From positions 2,463-66,462 of the forward strand of contig JAQTWB010000004.1 of NCBI GenBank assembly GCA_028689495.1: a DNA stretch of 64,000 nucleotides. The letters are read 5' to 3'. Below, piece by piece: positions 17,991 to 26,565 of the stretch. Each line of letters opens with the position of its first letter. Within the stretch, counting starts at the first letter, position 1. Position numbers and translations under genes: made by a program. Below the pieces are notes generated by a model. The model made no database searches and was not told where the DNA came from. It worked only from the letters and a program-made list of their open reading frames with translations. The DNA is from a bacterium. GTDB taxonomy: Bacteria; Bdellovibrionota_C; UBA2361; SZUA-149; JAQTWB01.

Positions 17991-19385
17991 CTAAACCTGA
18001 TTCGGGGAACCATCTTTCGTGTTCTTGGCCTCAACCGTCGGTTTTTCTTTGAAGACATTCCAGGTTTTCAAGAGATGTAGAGCTTCTCGAAGTTGAATGT
18101 CACTATCAAGAAGCTGCTGCAGTTCAGCTCTCATCGCTTCTCGTGAACCAACACGCAAATCCTGTCCTGTGGTCTGAGGATTTTTGATCGCACCGGGCAA
18201 ATCACTTTCTCTGGTTTCTTGAGACTTTTTTGTAGTTGGTTCGGCATTAACGTCACCTACTTCTGGTTCATCCTGCTTTACCACAACGTCAGGTGTAACA
18301 CCTTTTGCTTGAATCGAACGTCCAGTCCGAGTGTAATACAGTGCTGTGGTCAGCCGAAGTGCCCCTTGATTATCCATAGGGATTACAGTTTGCACCGATC
18401 CCTTACCGAAACTCTGCGTGCCAAGTATCACGGCACGACTGGCATCCTGCAAAGCTCCGGATACAATTTCTGAAGCACTTGCTGAGCCACCATCAATAAT
18501 CACGACCATTGGGAACTGAGGGAAGGTTCCTTCAGAATGGGCGTAATATTTATTCTTTTGACTCTCCAGTCTGCCATCGGTGTATACAATAACACCATCA
18601 GCAAGAAATAAATCTGACACTCTTACTGCCTCCGTTAACAAGCCACCCGGGTTGCTACGAAGATCCAATACAAGTCCCTTGATCTCCTTGTTTACAAATG
18701 TATCCCTGATTTTTGTAATTGCCTCCTTCGTTTCAGCTGCCGTTCCGTCCTGAAACTGGGCCAGTCTCAAATATACAAAGCCCTCCCCCAATTCTCTAGA
18801 ACGGACACTATCAACATGAATGACATCGCGAATAATGGTGATAGGAATAAGATCTTTAGCTGACTCACGATGTACAGAAATTCTGATAGGTGAACCCTTC
18901 GGGCCTCTCATTTTTTGAATTGCCTCATGCAATGTCATGTCACGCGCAAATTCATCTTCAATCTTGATTATCCTATCCCCAGGTTTCACGCCAGCTCGAG
19001 CTGCCGGTGAATCTTCGATTGGAGAAACAACAGTAAGAAACCCATCCTTCACCGTAATTTCTATACCGAGACCACCAAATTCACCTTTCGTTTCAACTTT
19101 TAATTCTTTTAACTGTTCGGGATCGAGATAACTGGAGTGGGGATCGAGACCCATCAACATTCCACGAACTGCGCCTTCAACAAGCGTATTGAGGTTAACT
19201 TTCTCGTGATAATTCTTTTCAACCAAAGACAGAACATCAGTAAACAACTTTAGGCTGGCATAACGATCTTCGAGAAAATTCTCTTTGGCCAGCACATCGC
19301 GTCCGATGAAAAGAGCGATAAAAACTGACGTTGACCACAATCCACCCAGAAAAAGAAATTTGAATATTGTTTTTACTGTCTTCAT
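17991..19385 (-). CDS. ctpA: carboxy-terminal processing protease (peptidase S41A) with PDZ domain
   Basis: PDZ segment (GGLGIEITVKDGFLTVVSPIEDSPAARAGVKPGDRIIKI). S41 catalytic region (DLRSNPGGLL, GSASASEIVSGALQD, TQSFGKGSVQ). Confidence 0.9.
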   Translation of the reverse strand: MKTVKTIFKFLFLGGLWSTSVFIALFIGRDVLAKENFLEDRYASLKLFTDVLSLVEKNYHEKVNLNTLVEGAVRGMLMGLDPHSSYLDPEQLKELKVETKGEFGGLGIEITVKDGFLTVVSPIEDSPAARAGVKPGDRIIKIEDEFARDMTLHEAIQKMRGPKGSPIRISVHRESAKDLIPITIIRDVIHVDSVRSRELGEGFVYLRLAQFQDGTAAETKEAITKIRDTFVNKEIKGLVLDLRSNPGGLLTEAVRVSDLFLADGVIVYTDGRLESQKNKYYAHSEGTFPQFPMVVIIDGGSASASEIVSGALQDASRAVILGTQSFGKGSVQTVIPMDNQGALRLTTALYYTRTGRSIQAKGVTPDVVVKQDEPEVGDVNAEPTTKKSQETRESDLPGAIKNPQTTGQDLRVGSREAMRAELQQLLDSDIQLREALHLLKTWNVFKEKPTVEAKNTKDGSPNQV

Positions 19386-19553
19386 ATTGGAATTATTTAG
19401 CTAAGTCTGGAAAAAAACACTACCCGATGTTCATACATCCGCTTAGGTGTTATAACACATCAATGGAAATCTGCAGCCATTAGGCCGTGAAATATCTACA
19501 AAATTCACATTACAAGGCGAATTACTATTATCCACCGATAGGTAACAGGTTAC

Positions 19554-20525
19554 TTAAAAACTATCGGACGCTTCCTCAATCGCCTCACCAAGACCCGCAC
19601 CTATAACTTCGATTTCATATATCTCAGCAGGGTCCAGCCAGCTATCGCCCTGAAAAAAAGCCTGAAATACCCGCCCACTAGAACCGACATATCCGATTGT
19701 CGATTCCAAAGTTACCGCACCTGGGTTAAGACCGGCAGTACTGGCCATATTTCCCGTTAGAGAAATAATACCGTCGGCATGACGAGTTATCACAAGGTTA
19801 CCGAACCCTGTGCAATATCCAGCAAAAAGCACTTCACCAGCGGCAGGAGGCTTGACAAGGCTCAGTGGCTCCTTGGCCAGCAGATCCCTTCCCACAGATG
19901 CAACAATCTCAGAAAAACCATCAAGCCTTGCAACTGCAGTTACTTGGGCATCGTTAATGGGCAATTGATATTTAACTTCCTGATCATTGTTAGAAGCAGA
20001 AGACAAATTCTGGAAAATGTTTTGTAGATCCTTAAGGTAGTTTCCCGCAATCGCAACTTCAGAATATAGATGGTGCAGTGGTTTTTCAATTTCTTGTTCC
20101 GGAAACAATGTATATGAAAAAGTCTTGTCATCCAGCGAGAGAAGATAATTAATCTGTTCGCGTTTACGAAGAAAAGCTGTGCGAATAAACTTTCGGGAAC
20201 GGCTATAGCCAATTCGGGACGAAAGCCCTGCCTGTTGCATTGCCCCTGTATGGCGCCTCATTTTATAAATACCTGTCAGATAGCTCGACAGCTCACTTCG
20301 GACAGCCATTTCGTAGTTTAGTTTATATTCAGAAAGTATGCGTGGATTATCCCGGAGAAAATATCCCGTCCCATAGATTCCAGACAATGTGTCTTCAAGT
20401 TCAACTGCAGTATGATCGGAAAGCCGAATTAGTTGCTGCACGGGGGAAATATCATCTTCTGCAGCAACCGCTATCGGCATTAATGAAATCAATAACGACA
20501 GGATGCAATAAAGGCCCAGTCTCAT
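19554..20525 (-). CDS. EnvC-like secreted protein with degenerate LytM (M23) domain
   Basis: Signal peptide. The C-terminal GEVLFAGYCTGFGNLVITRHADGIISLTG...IGYVGSSG follows the M23 fold pattern but lacks the HxxxD and HxH metal ligands (VFQAFFQG replaces HLHFE). Its ATGA overlap with the ftsX stop fits an FtsEX partner. Confidence 0.6.
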   Translation of the reverse strand: MRLGLYCILSLLISLMPIAVAAEDDISPVQQLIRLSDHTAVELEDTLSGIYGTGYFLRDNPRILSEYKLNYEMAVRSELSSYLTGIYKMRRHTGAMQQAGLSSRIGYSRSRKFIRTAFLRKREQINYLLSLDDKTFSYTLFPEQEIEKPLHHLYSEVAIAGNYLKDLQNIFQNLSSASNNDQEVKYQLPINDAQVTAVARLDGFSEIVASVGRDLLAKEPLSLVKPPAAGEVLFAGYCTGFGNLVITRHADGIISLTGNMASTAGLNPGAVTLESTIGYVGSSGRVFQAFFQGDSWLDPAEIYEIEVIGAGLGEAIEEASDSF

Positions 20526-21541
20526 AATAGATAATCTCGTTCCTGCTCTCCTGGATTACCGATTGCCAGATAACTGGCGAGCCCCCCAACGAGGAGGGAG
20601 GCGACGACAACTATCAATCCCAGGAACCAATCGAGAAATATGATGTCAAATTGTAGGCCTTCACTGGCCAGAGAGCGGGAAACTTCATGACTGAAAAAAA
20701 TAAAAACAATTTTCAATGAAAGAAGACCTAACACAGCGCCTACGCATGACTGACAAATTCCTGAAATAAAAAACGGTAACTGAATTGTGCTCTCATCGGC
20801 ACCAAGAAGCCGCATCACCGCAGTTTCATCAGCCACACTGAGCGCAGTAAGTTTCATCACTCCGGCTATCAACATAATCAAAACAAGGCAGACAAAAAAG
20901 AAACTGAGTATGCCATATACTCGAAGAGACGAAAGGATCCCTGTTACTCCGCTAACCCACTCCTTGCCGGCCACAACTTCACGCACAAGTACATTCTCTC
21001 CCAGTATACGAACAGCATTGCGCATTTCCTCCTTGGTAATAATTTCAGCCGAAAAACTGATATCAATTGATGGTGGAAGAATATTCTCTGAATTAAGACC
21101 CGAAAACAGCTCCGCGAAACCATCAACCTCAGTCCTCATGAGAAGTATAGCGTCATTACTGGTCAGTAATTCCGCACGTAGCACACCCTTGGTATCACGA
21201 ATCACAGTAAGGAATTCAGTTAACTGTTCCTCAGGAACCGTATCAAGATAAAATGTAAAATCGTAATCACCTCCTGCACGTTGCAGTAACATTTCCGTGT
21301 TCTGCAATAAGAGTATAAATCCACCAAGCAGGAAAAAAGAAAAAGCTACCGCCAGAGTAGCGACAATCACATGCAATCTGGCTGAGGACATTAACTTTAA
21401 CGATCGGAGCAAGAAATAAAATGGTATCTGATAACCTGGGATACGCGGCAAACCCGTACGACTCTTCCAGTATTCAAGAAGACTATCTCTGTGATAACCG
21501 TATTTAAGACCATCGTTCAGAACATCTTCAAGTGTGCTCAT
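20522..21541 (-). CDS. ftsX: cell-division ABC transporter permease-like protein FtsX
   Basis: Topology of one TM, a ~140-aa extracytoplasmic loop, then three C-terminal TMs. It sits immediately downstream of ftsE with a 4-nt overlap. Confidence 0.8.
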   Translation of the reverse strand: MSTLEDVLNDGLKYGYHRDSLLEYWKSRTGLPRIPGYQIPFYFLLRSLKLMSSARLHVIVATLAVAFSFFLLGGFILLLQNTEMLLQRAGGDYDFTFYLDTVPEEQLTEFLTVIRDTKGVLRAELLTSNDAILLMRTEVDGFAELFSGLNSENILPPSIDISFSAEIITKEEMRNAVRILGENVLVREVVAGKEWVSGVTGILSSLRVYGILSFFFVCLVLIMLIAGVMKLTALSVADETAVMRLLGADESTIQLPFFISGICQSCVGAVLGLLSLKIVFIFFSHEVSRSLASEGLQFDIIFLDWFLGLIVVVASLLVGGLASYLAIGNPGEQERDYLL

Positions 21542-22236
21542 GGCTGTTCGCTTTGCAGGTAATTGGCAAAATCACCGACGATCTTTCCGTCTTTAAGTAA
21601 CAGTGTACGTCGATTCCTCTCTCGCAAAATATCAATATCGTGAGAGGCCACTATAACTGTAGCTCCAGCACGATTTATATCTTCAAGAACATCAAAAACG
21701 ACCCGTGACATGTCTGGATCGAGGTTTCCGGTTGGCTCGTCTGCCAAAACTATTGCGGGACGATTAACCAGGGCGCGGGCAATTGCGACACGCTGCTGTT
21801 CACCACCGGATAATTCCTGGGGATATGAATTTGCTTTATCTCCCAGACCAAGAGCACTTAAAAGTCGGAAAGACACGCGATAACGGGCCTTTTTTTGCAC
21901 ACTGGATAGCTCCAGTGCAAAAGCAACGTTTTCCAAAACTGTATGAGTGCGAAGAAGACGATAATCCTGAAAGACAACTCCGACATGACGTCTCAGCATA
22001 CGAATGTCTCTTCGCGAGGCTCCCGCCGTGCTCAGGCCAGAAATAACTACATCGCCACGATTGGGATACTCTGCACCAAAAAGTAGTTTGAGCAAGGTCG
22101 ATTTACCCGCACCACTGACACCTGTTACAAATATGAACTCTCCTTGTTTGATATCAACCGAAAGATCCTTCAAGGCTCTATATTTGGGTGGATATACCTT
22201 CTCTACATTACGTAAACTAATCAGGTATCGACTCAT
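21538..22236 (-). CDS. ftsE: cell-division ATP-binding protein FtsE
   Basis: Walker A GVSGAGKST, signature LSGGEQQRVAIARAL, Walker B IVLADEPTGNLD. Length ~230 aa. Confidence 0.9.
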   Translation of the reverse strand: MSRYLISLRNVEKVYPPKYRALKDLSVDIKQGEFIFVTGVSGAGKSTLLKLLFGAEYPNRGDVVISGLSTAGASRRDIRMLRRHVGVVFQDYRLLRTHTVLENVAFALELSSVQKKARYRVSFRLLSALGLGDKANSYPQELSGGEQQRVAIARALVNRPAIVLADEPTGNLDPDMSRVVFDVLEDINRAGATVIVASHDIDILRERNRRTLLLKDGKIVGDFANYLQSEQP

Positions 22237-22514
22237 AACTCAGAAAATCCTGTTAAGTTTTACTGACACGGACAGGTTGGTTCAAGATAACAAACAAGTT
22301 ACTCACTGGAGCAGACAGGTGACTATCATCAGTTGGTGCCGCGTTTTCTTTAATTCACAATCTATTATCAGTGCTGGCAAGGAGCTTGCCCGACACGACA
22401 ATCATCAAAAGTCTTGGCGGCTTTAACTTATTTGCGGACCTTCTACCTATTCCATTTTTCTGTTTTTCAGAAGATCGTCTGAGTTCAGCACATTTCTATC
22501 GTGATTTTAACAGC

Positions 22515-23039
22515 CTACAGCTTCTTACCCGAAATAATCACCAGCTCCATATTCAGACCTTCGCGACAACTAAACTGTCTGTCAAACGATTCACCTGCAG
22601 CGACCCGTCCAGCAAAGCTCTTGGAAAATGCTTTACTACCAGCACTGTTATAACCGACTACCTGGAATTTAACAGAATAAGATGACTTTGAACTGTTGTT
22701 GTTTATCACCGCTTCACATTTTCCGCGGCTAATCTGCTTTACACTGCCATTTACGACACTTTGTGCTTCTTCGTTATTTTCGGATTTTATCTCGGCCTGT
22801 TCTTTAAGTTCAACACCGGCACTTCGCTTGAAACTACCAAAACTTGAAATGACGCCTCTTTCGAGCTTCTGTGGCTCTTCCGGCTCCTGCTTCTCAGACG
22901 TCTCGGAAGATGTAACAATTCCTTCACTATCCGGGGAAGCAAATACGGTTGAAGGGATATGAGCCGCAATAGCCAGCAACAAAAATATATAAATTCCTGA
23001 CAGGATCTTTTTAACTGAGGAAACGGATTTATTTACCAT
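22515..23039 (-). CDS. secreted hypothetical protein (174 aa)
   Basis: Signal peptide (ILSGIYIFLLLAIAAHIPSTVFASP), an acidic Ser/Glu linker, then a ~90-aa beta-rich C-terminal domain. It is preceded by a sigma-54-type promoter match. Confidence 0.55.
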   Translation of the reverse strand: MVNKSVSSVKKILSGIYIFLLLAIAAHIPSTVFASPDSEGIVTSSETSEKQEPEEPQKLERGVISSFGSFKRSAGVELKEQAEIKSENNEEAQSVVNGSVKQISRGKCEAVINNNSSKSSYSVKFQVVGYNSAGSKAFSKSFAGRVAAGESFDRQFSCREGLNMELVIISGKKL

Positions 23040-23089
23040 GATTTTCCATAGCGAAATCAGAGTTTAAATAATACAGGCACCAGAAAAAA

Positions 23090-23106
23090 AGCATCTACGG
23101 TGCCAA
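23090..23106 (-). promoter_or_regulatory. candidate sigma-54 (RpoN) -24/-12 promoter for 22515..23039
   Basis: The minus strand reads TTGGCACCGTAGATGCT. That is TGGCAC, a 5-nt spacer, then ATGC, with GG and GC at canonical spacing. It lies ~50 nt upstream of the ATG at 23039. Confidence 0.45.
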
Positions 23107-23350
23107 GAAGTCATCCCAGAGTGCAAAATTTGTTTACCTCGCAGTAATGCAAGAGCAATACAAACCTAACGACCTTCACCCTGATAACAAGCAGTAGGAA
23201 CTTTAGCGCCATCGGTTTAAATCCGGCAAGGAAAATTACGGATATAACCGCACGCGGCACCGGGTAATCTAAATCGACTCCGTACTTTAAGTTTGAAAAG
23301 TATCTTCATCCCCTCTTGTATATCGCTGCGCCGAAAGCTAGCCTGAGAAT

Positions 23351-23797
23351 ATGCCATTATCAATCACCACCCTACATCCGCTGTTTTCCGAATTTCCTCT
23401 GCCGGTGCTGGTAATGTTCGCCATTTTCGAAACACGTTATCTGTGGCGCGATAAACAATTTTCTCAGGTGCTGATTAGCCGGATAGTTATTATAAGCGTT
23501 CTTTTCTCATACTTGACTGGTTATTTGGCGAAAGACCAGGCCAGTATTACATTTGCAGTGCCGACAAGCGCCATAATGATTCACCAATCACTTGGCTTGG
23601 CCACTTTAATTTCTACGCTGTTGCTCTCTCTTAGTTGCGAACTGGTCGAAATTTTCCCTCAACATCGATTCTTGCGCCAAGCCATGCGTTGCCTACTGAT
23701 TGTCTGTTTAATTTCTACCATCTTGGCCAATCACTTTGGCGGGGCCCTGGTTTTTGATTTTGGTGCAGGTGTCCGTGCGACCATTTCAAGGTTATAG
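23351..23797 (+). CDS. small polytopic membrane protein (DUF2231-like)
   Basis: Four predicted TM helices. The HP...P N-terminal motif and the C-terminal GGALVFDFGAGV resemble DUF2231. Weak call. Confidence 0.5.
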   Translation: MPLSITTLHPLFSEFPLPVLVMFAIFETRYLWRDKQFSQVLISRIVIISVLFSYLTGYLAKDQASITFAVPTSAIMIHQSLGLATLISTLLLSLSCELVEIFPQHRFLRQAMRCLLIVCLISTILANHFGGALVFDFGAGVRATISRL

Positions 23798-23816
23798 TGA
23801 GTTTCTATAAGGAATT

Positions 23817-23850
23817 ACGCAAAATTCGCTCGGTTACTTTGCGTTTTCTT
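23817..23850 (+). terminator. rho-independent terminator after 23351..23797
   Basis: ACGCAAA (23817..23823) pairs with TTTGCGT (23838..23844) around a 14-nt loop, followed by TTTCTT. Confidence 0.5.
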
Positions 23851-24025
23851 AAACATATCGTGGAAGGCGAAGATCTCGAAGATAAGTTACAGGAAAAACA
23901 TAGGTTATATACCAAATCGGCCTTACTATTTACTTAAGTTAATGGTCGGGCTGGACGAGAAATATAATTAGCAGGACGAGTCTTAATGGAGACGAACCAC
24001 CAAACAGCATTTTACAGCGAAACTT

Positions 24026-24496
24026 ATGTCCGATCATCATAATGATAATAATTCCGGGAGAATGTTGAAGCGGGGACCGATTCTTTTGATTGAAGACGAT
24101 CCGGAGTTTCGCAATGAAGCCCAAAGTTATCTGCAAAAACAGGGTTATGAGGTGATATGTCAGGATGGGGCAAAGAATGCAGTATCATATATGCAAAAGA
24201 AGCCCTGGAGTTGGAGTCCATGGCTAATAATCACCGATCTGGTTATGGATGGTATGGGTGGATATCAATTAATTAGACGGATACAGGAGATATATCCGGA
24301 TAAAACAATTCCTGTAATTGTTATTTCTCAGCTTAAAAATGCCGAAGATGTTTCGGAAGCTGAACTTGCTGGAGCGAACGCCTATTTGGGCAAACCGGTT
24401 TCTATGGATAAACTATTGGAGACCGTAAAATACGTGACAACAAGAATCACTTCCGCCTCCGGGAGTGGCCGCCACTTCAAACAGGATCTTGGCTAA
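24026..24496 (+). CDS. single-domain response regulator (receiver)
   Basis: ILLIEDDPEFRNEAQSYL...LIITDLVMDGMGGYQLIRRIQ...GKPV receiver pattern. No output domain. Confidence 0.8.
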   Translation: MSDHHNDNNSGRMLKRGPILLIEDDPEFRNEAQSYLQKQGYEVICQDGAKNAVSYMQKKPWSWSPWLIITDLVMDGMGGYQLIRRIQEIYPDKTIPVIVISQLKNAEDVSEAELAGANAYLGKPVSMDKLLETVKYVTTRITSASGSGRHFKQDLG

Positions 24497-24531
24497 CCCG
24501 GAAGTTGCACGTAAGTTCACGGCTGGTACAA

Positions 24532-25239
24532 CTAAATTCTTCCCTTCGGATTAGTTATTGTCATAACAAGTTTTTCAAGCCGTATTACGTCACGGTCCAA
24601 TCCTTTGGTCCATAACACTTCCTTCACCCCTTCTCTGTGCATCACCCAACGCGAAAGTACAAACAACAGGTCACTGACGCGATTGAGGTAAATGAGTGGC
24701 AAAATCAGGTAACTCTCATCACCTATCCGTCTCCGCAATGATATCAGGCGTCTTTCCGCCCGTCTGGCGACTGTCCGAGCAATATGCAATTGAGAAGCGA
24801 GCTGAGAGCCTCCGGGAAGAATAAAACTGGTCAACTCGGGCATTCCCTGGCCAAACATATCACAATACAACTCCAGTCTGGCAATAGCCTCCTCCTTCAC
24901 CAGACTTTGCCCCGGAAAATTGTAACCCACGGGAGTTGCGACCTGACTACCTAGATCGAACAACTCCTGTTGCAGAAATTCCAACAATGGATCAAGTTTC
25001 AAGGCAGATGCAGATGGTGTTGTCCGACAAAATCCAAGAACCGAAAGAAGCTCATCTATCGTACCATACACCTCGACACGTTCATCATCCTTAAAAACCC
25101 GCTCACCATTAATAAGCGATGTTTGACCGCGATCTCCAGTCCCAGTGTAAACTCGATTAATTCTTAACACTGTCAATATCCATCCCTCTTTCTGAAAATC
25201 CCTCATCGAGCAAATCAGCAAACTCTGGATGAGCGGCAC
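24532..25239 (-). CDS. PduO-type ATP:cob(I)alamin adenosyltransferase
   Basis: RVYTGTGDRGQTSLINGERVFKDDERVEVYGTIDELLSVLG is the canonical PduO-type N-terminus. The real start is probably ATG 25206 or GTG 25170, so the ORF-track start is a maximum. Confidence 0.85.
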   Translation of the reverse strand: MPLIQSLLICSMRDFQKEGWILTVLRINRVYTGTGDRGQTSLINGERVFKDDERVEVYGTIDELLSVLGFCRTTPSASALKLDPLLEFLQQELFDLGSQVATPVGYNFPGQSLVKEEAIARLELYCDMFGQGMPELTSFILPGGSQLASQLHIARTVARRAERRLISLRRRIGDESYLILPLIYLNRVSDLLFVLSRWVMHREGVKEVLWTKGLDRDVIRLEKLVMTITNPKGRI

Positions 25240-26005
25240 GTAGCCCTTGAGCAGTCTTTAAGGCTTCATGAAGTTGATCGTCCGTCTCAGAAAAATCAAC
25301 CGCAGCTAACATAGCTTCAACTGAGACAAACGAGCCACCTGAAGCAATTTCAAGAAACATTGTTCGCGCTTCATCTTTCTTCCCGGAAAGCGCCTTCACT
25401 CGAGCATCAACAAGCAAAACCAACGGCAGGGTCAAGGCCTTGTTATCACTTGAAACAAGGATTTCAGCCTTTAGTGCTGCAAGTTTTTCTGGTGAATCCT
25501 GATAATCTCCCCGCTTCACTGCCAGTAACACATCATATAGAGAACCAAGCTTGCCATACTGCAGTGCCGAATAATCCGATTTGAGGCTGGCCACCGTCTC
25601 TCCCTGATCGAGTGCACCCTTTTTTGTTTTATCTGCAGCCCCTGATTTTTCTTCCGCGGTAGAATCCGAATTTTCACTTGCAGCATTGGCACTTTCTACC
25701 TCACTGCTATCTCCAGCCAGATCGTCTTCCATAGCTTTTTGAAGAGCAATAAATTTTTCTGCCGCGAGTCCCAGGTCCGCCTGCTTCGAAGCGCGGTATT
25801 CTGCTCCAAGCCAGACAATAAGCAACACGACAGCAAATCCACCGATAATTTTTTTCCAGCTATGGGCGATAATCAGAGCAACATCATCCGAGACTCCTTC
25901 AATTTGACGCAAGTTCTGCGCCAGGGCATCAAAGTCCTCCTCATTGTGAGCAAGAGGCCCATCAATTGGTTTCGCTACTACTGATTTATTATTTTTCACT
26001 TTCAT
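25157..26005 (-). CDS. single-pass membrane-anchored hypothetical protein (possibly YfgM/TPR-like)
   Basis: One TM (IIGGFAVVLLIVWLGA) after a ~50-aa N-terminal tail, followed by an acidic low-complexity stretch and a helical C-terminal domain. The family call is weak. Confidence 0.55.
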   Translation of the reverse strand: MKVKNNKSVVAKPIDGPLAHNEEDFDALAQNLRQIEGVSDDVALIIAHSWKKIIGGFAVVLLIVWLGAEYRASKQADLGLAAEKFIALQKAMEDDLAGDSSEVESANAASENSDSTAEEKSGAADKTKKGALDQGETVASLKSDYSALQYGKLGSLYDVLLAVKRGDYQDSPEKLAALKAEILVSSDNKALTLPLVLLVDARVKALSGKKDEARTMFLEIASGGSFVSVEAMLAAVDFSETDDQLHEALKTAQGLRAAHPEFADLLDEGFSERGMDIDSVKN

Positions 26006-26010
26006 ATTAC

Positions 26011-26565
26011 CTACATTTTGTACTTAAAATCTTTAGGGTCAAGATCGGATAGAATGTCTTCCATCTGATTTTTATCAACGCTGGCAAAAGCTCTGGTTGG
26101 ATCGTCTTTCCCATCTTCTGTCAGTTCAGAAGAGTCTTCGGCGATAGTAGCAACTTTCGCTACCTCCAACACTGTTCTGGCAACTTTAACGACCGCTCCG
26201 GTGCGAACAGCCAACGCGATTCCATCACTCGGTCGGGCATCAATGCTAAAAATTGATTCTCCTTTTACAATATCAATGCGAGCGAGAAATGTATTTTCGA
26301 TGATTGAATGGATATATACCTGCTGCACTTCACCGCCCATTGCGGAAATCGTATTAACCAACAAATCGTGAGTCATCGGTCGTGGCATAGGAACATTACG
26401 TATCGCAGAAGCAATACTCGCAGCCTCTGCTTCACCAATCCAAATTGGCATGCAATATTTACCCGAGTCCAAATCCCGCAACAAAACTACAGGAGCGTTC
26501 GAACCCGGTTCAACAAATAATCCGACAACAACAACCTCGACATCGGTTAAGGAATTTTCAGTCAT
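26011..26565 (-). CDS. bifunctional nuclease family protein (DUF151/BFN)
   Basis: PVVLLRDLDSGKYCMPIWIGEAEAASIA...PRPMTHDL...IDARPSDGIALAVR matches the DUF151 pattern. Confidence 0.8.
   Translation of the reverse strand: MTENSLTDVEVVVVGLFVEPGSNAPVVLLRDLDSGKYCMPIWIGEAEAASIASAIRNVPMPRPMTHDLLVNTISAMGGEVQQVYIHSIIENTFLARIDIVKGESIFSIDARPSDGIALAVRTGAVVKVARTVLEVAKVATIAEDSSELTEDGKDDPTRAFASVDKNQMEDILSDLDPKDFKYKM

Noticed and set aside
23797-23937. 46-codon ORF (VSFYKELRKIRSVTLRFLKHIVEGEDLEDKLQEKHRLYTKSALLFT) starting with a GTG that overlaps the TAG of 23351..23797
   Set aside because: A good rho-independent terminator (23817..23850) lies inside it. That makes translation of a coupled downstream peptide unlikely.
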